NCBI GenBank assembly: GCA_027037055.1
Contig: JALWBR010000018.1
Span: 13,923-37,922, forward strand
Reading direction: 5' to 3'
DNA from: Aquificales bacterium
GTDB taxonomy: Bacteria > Aquificota > Aquificia > Aquificales > Aquificaceae
DNA: 24,000 nt
In this document: piece after piece, positions 23,247 through 24,000 of the stretch
How positions within the stretch are numbered: the stretch's first letter is position 1
Layout of the letters: each line of letters begins with the position of its first letter
Translations under genes and position numbers: made by a program
Notes under the pieces: model-generated
The model's database searches: none
What the model was told of the DNA's origin: nothing
What the model saw: the letters and a program-made list of their open reading frames with translations, nothing else

Positions 23247-24000
23247 ATGATTGAAACACTTGAGGAAAGGTTTGAGGAAATAAGAAAGGTAATAAATATT
23301 GATGAGCTTAAGAAGGAGCTTGCAGATCTTGATAAGAAGATGTCCGAGCCGAATTTTTGGGAAGATCAAGATAAGGCAAGGGAAGTTATAAAGAAAAGGA
23401 AATGGATAGAGGGTACACTTAAGACGGTAGAGGAGATAGAGGAATCCCTCAGGGATTTAAGGGAATTACAAGAGATGGCGGAAGAGGATCCAGAAGCACG
23501 GGAGATGTTTTTGCAAGAATTGAATTCGGTTGAAAAAAAGATAAGGGATATGGAGATAAAGACGCTCCTTTCTGAGGAGATGGATGAAAAGGATGCTTAT
23601 CTTACTGTACAGGCGGGTGCTGGAGGGACGGAAGCATGTGACTGGGCGGAGATGCTTTTAAGGATGTATATGAGGTGGGCTGAGAAACACGGATATGAAA
23701 TTGAAGTCATAGATACAACACCCGACGATGTTGCGGGTATAAAGAGTGCAACCATCCTTATAAAGGGACCTTACGCCTACGGTTATTTGAAGGGGGAAAC
23801 TGGGGTACACAGGCTTGTCAGAATTTCACCTTTTGACGCCAACGCACGGAGACACACATCCTTTGCATCCGTATCAGTAACCCCGAGGATAGATGAAAGC
23901 ATAAAGGTGGAGATAAGGGATGAAGATATAAAGATGGAAACCTTCAGGGCTTCCGGAGCGGGCGGGCAGTATGTAAACAAAACGGATACCGCGGTGAGAT
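23247..24000 (+). CDS. prfB: Peptide chain release factor 2, 5' part (3' end outside the window); single uninterrupted frame
   Basis: My own translation from ATG 23247 gives [25 protein letters not shown]...[12 protein letters not shown]...[22 protein letters not shown]...[19 protein letters not shown]. The SPF tripeptide identifies RF2 and GGQ is the peptidyl-tRNA hydrolysis motif. The gene is absent from the ORF track, presumably because no stop codon falls inside the window. Confidence 0.93.
   Translation, partial: MIETLEERFEEIRKVINIDELKKELADLDKKMSEPNFWEDQDKAREVIKKRKWIEGTLKTVEEIEESLRDLRELQEMAEEDPEAREMFLQELNSVEKKIRDMEIKTLLSEEMDEKDAYLTVQAGAGGTEACDWAEMLLRMYMRWAEKHGYEIEVIDTTPDDVAGIKSATILIKGPYAYGYLKGETGVHRLVRISPFDANARRHTSFASVSVTPRIDESIKVEIRDEDIKMETFRASGAGGQYVNKTDTAVR

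Noticed and set aside
23247-23400. Looked for the programmed +1 frameshift site (CTT TGA C-type, with an internal SD) that interrupts many prfB genes around codon 25.
   Set aside because: The reading frame from ATG 23247 runs uninterrupted through the region homologous to the usual shift site (…[16 protein letters not shown]…) to the window end. No CTTTGA motif or upstream short frame exists (the upstream ATG at 23171 gives only [12 protein letters not shown]). This prfB appears to be a non-frameshifted type, which is known in a minority of bacteria.
1-24000. Scan for CRISPR repeats, IS/transposase or integrase genes, tRNA/rRNA genes and long direct or inverted repeats.
   Set aside because: I recognised none by eye. 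The intergenic space is at most about 112 bp, and all large ORFs are accounted for by housekeeping, flagellar or envelope functions. A computational repeat or tRNA scan would be needed to exclude short or degenerate elements.

Overview
This 24-kb chromosomal window is almost gap-free and carries about 29 protein-coding genes. I found no rRNA, tRNA, CRISPR array, IS element or prophage signature. Codon and amino-acid usage (AGG/AGA Arg, ATA Ile, many Glu/Lys/Ile) looks (hyper)thermophilic. The gene content (Pab1020-type RNA ligase with a PIN partner, small SpeH, scattered flagellar genes, pervasive gene overlaps) suggests an Aquificota-like bacterium; that assignment is inference only. Left to right, the window contains: the 3' end of a histidine phosphatase; a secreted 853-aa TPR protein with ExbB/TolQ-like, ExbD/TolR-like and DUF218 genes; upp and ribD (divergent); a minus-strand rsmD-coaD-hypothetical-DUF302 unit; a plus-strand speH-purS-purQ-RNA ligase unit; a convergent PIN-domain gene; an FAD-dependent disulfide oxidoreductase; a membrane GGDEF diguanylate cyclase; and nadD. 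A gap-free 8.5-kb minus-strand unit follows: beta-barrel OMP, MshEN-GT2 synthase, Glu/Lys-rich FliK-like protein, secreted TPR protein, flgB, flgC, fliE, fliF, fliN. The window ends with the 5' part of prfB. The most interesting signal is a processive family-2 glycosyltransferase whose N-terminus carries two exact copies of the 24-residue MshEN c-di-GMP-binding motif. It sits between a small outer-membrane beta-barrel and a periplasmic TPR protein, which together are the parts list of a synthase-dependent exopolysaccharide secretion system. This module is fused without gaps to flagellar basal-body genes, with a diguanylate cyclase nearby. Other observations: a PIN protein resembling the RNA-free RNase P (HARP) / RNA-ligase-partner family; -10-like hexamers 6-8 nt upstream of start codons at every divergent junction, implying leaderless mRNAs; and a strongly Shine-Dalgarno-led 27-codon upstream ORF overlapping the speH start.
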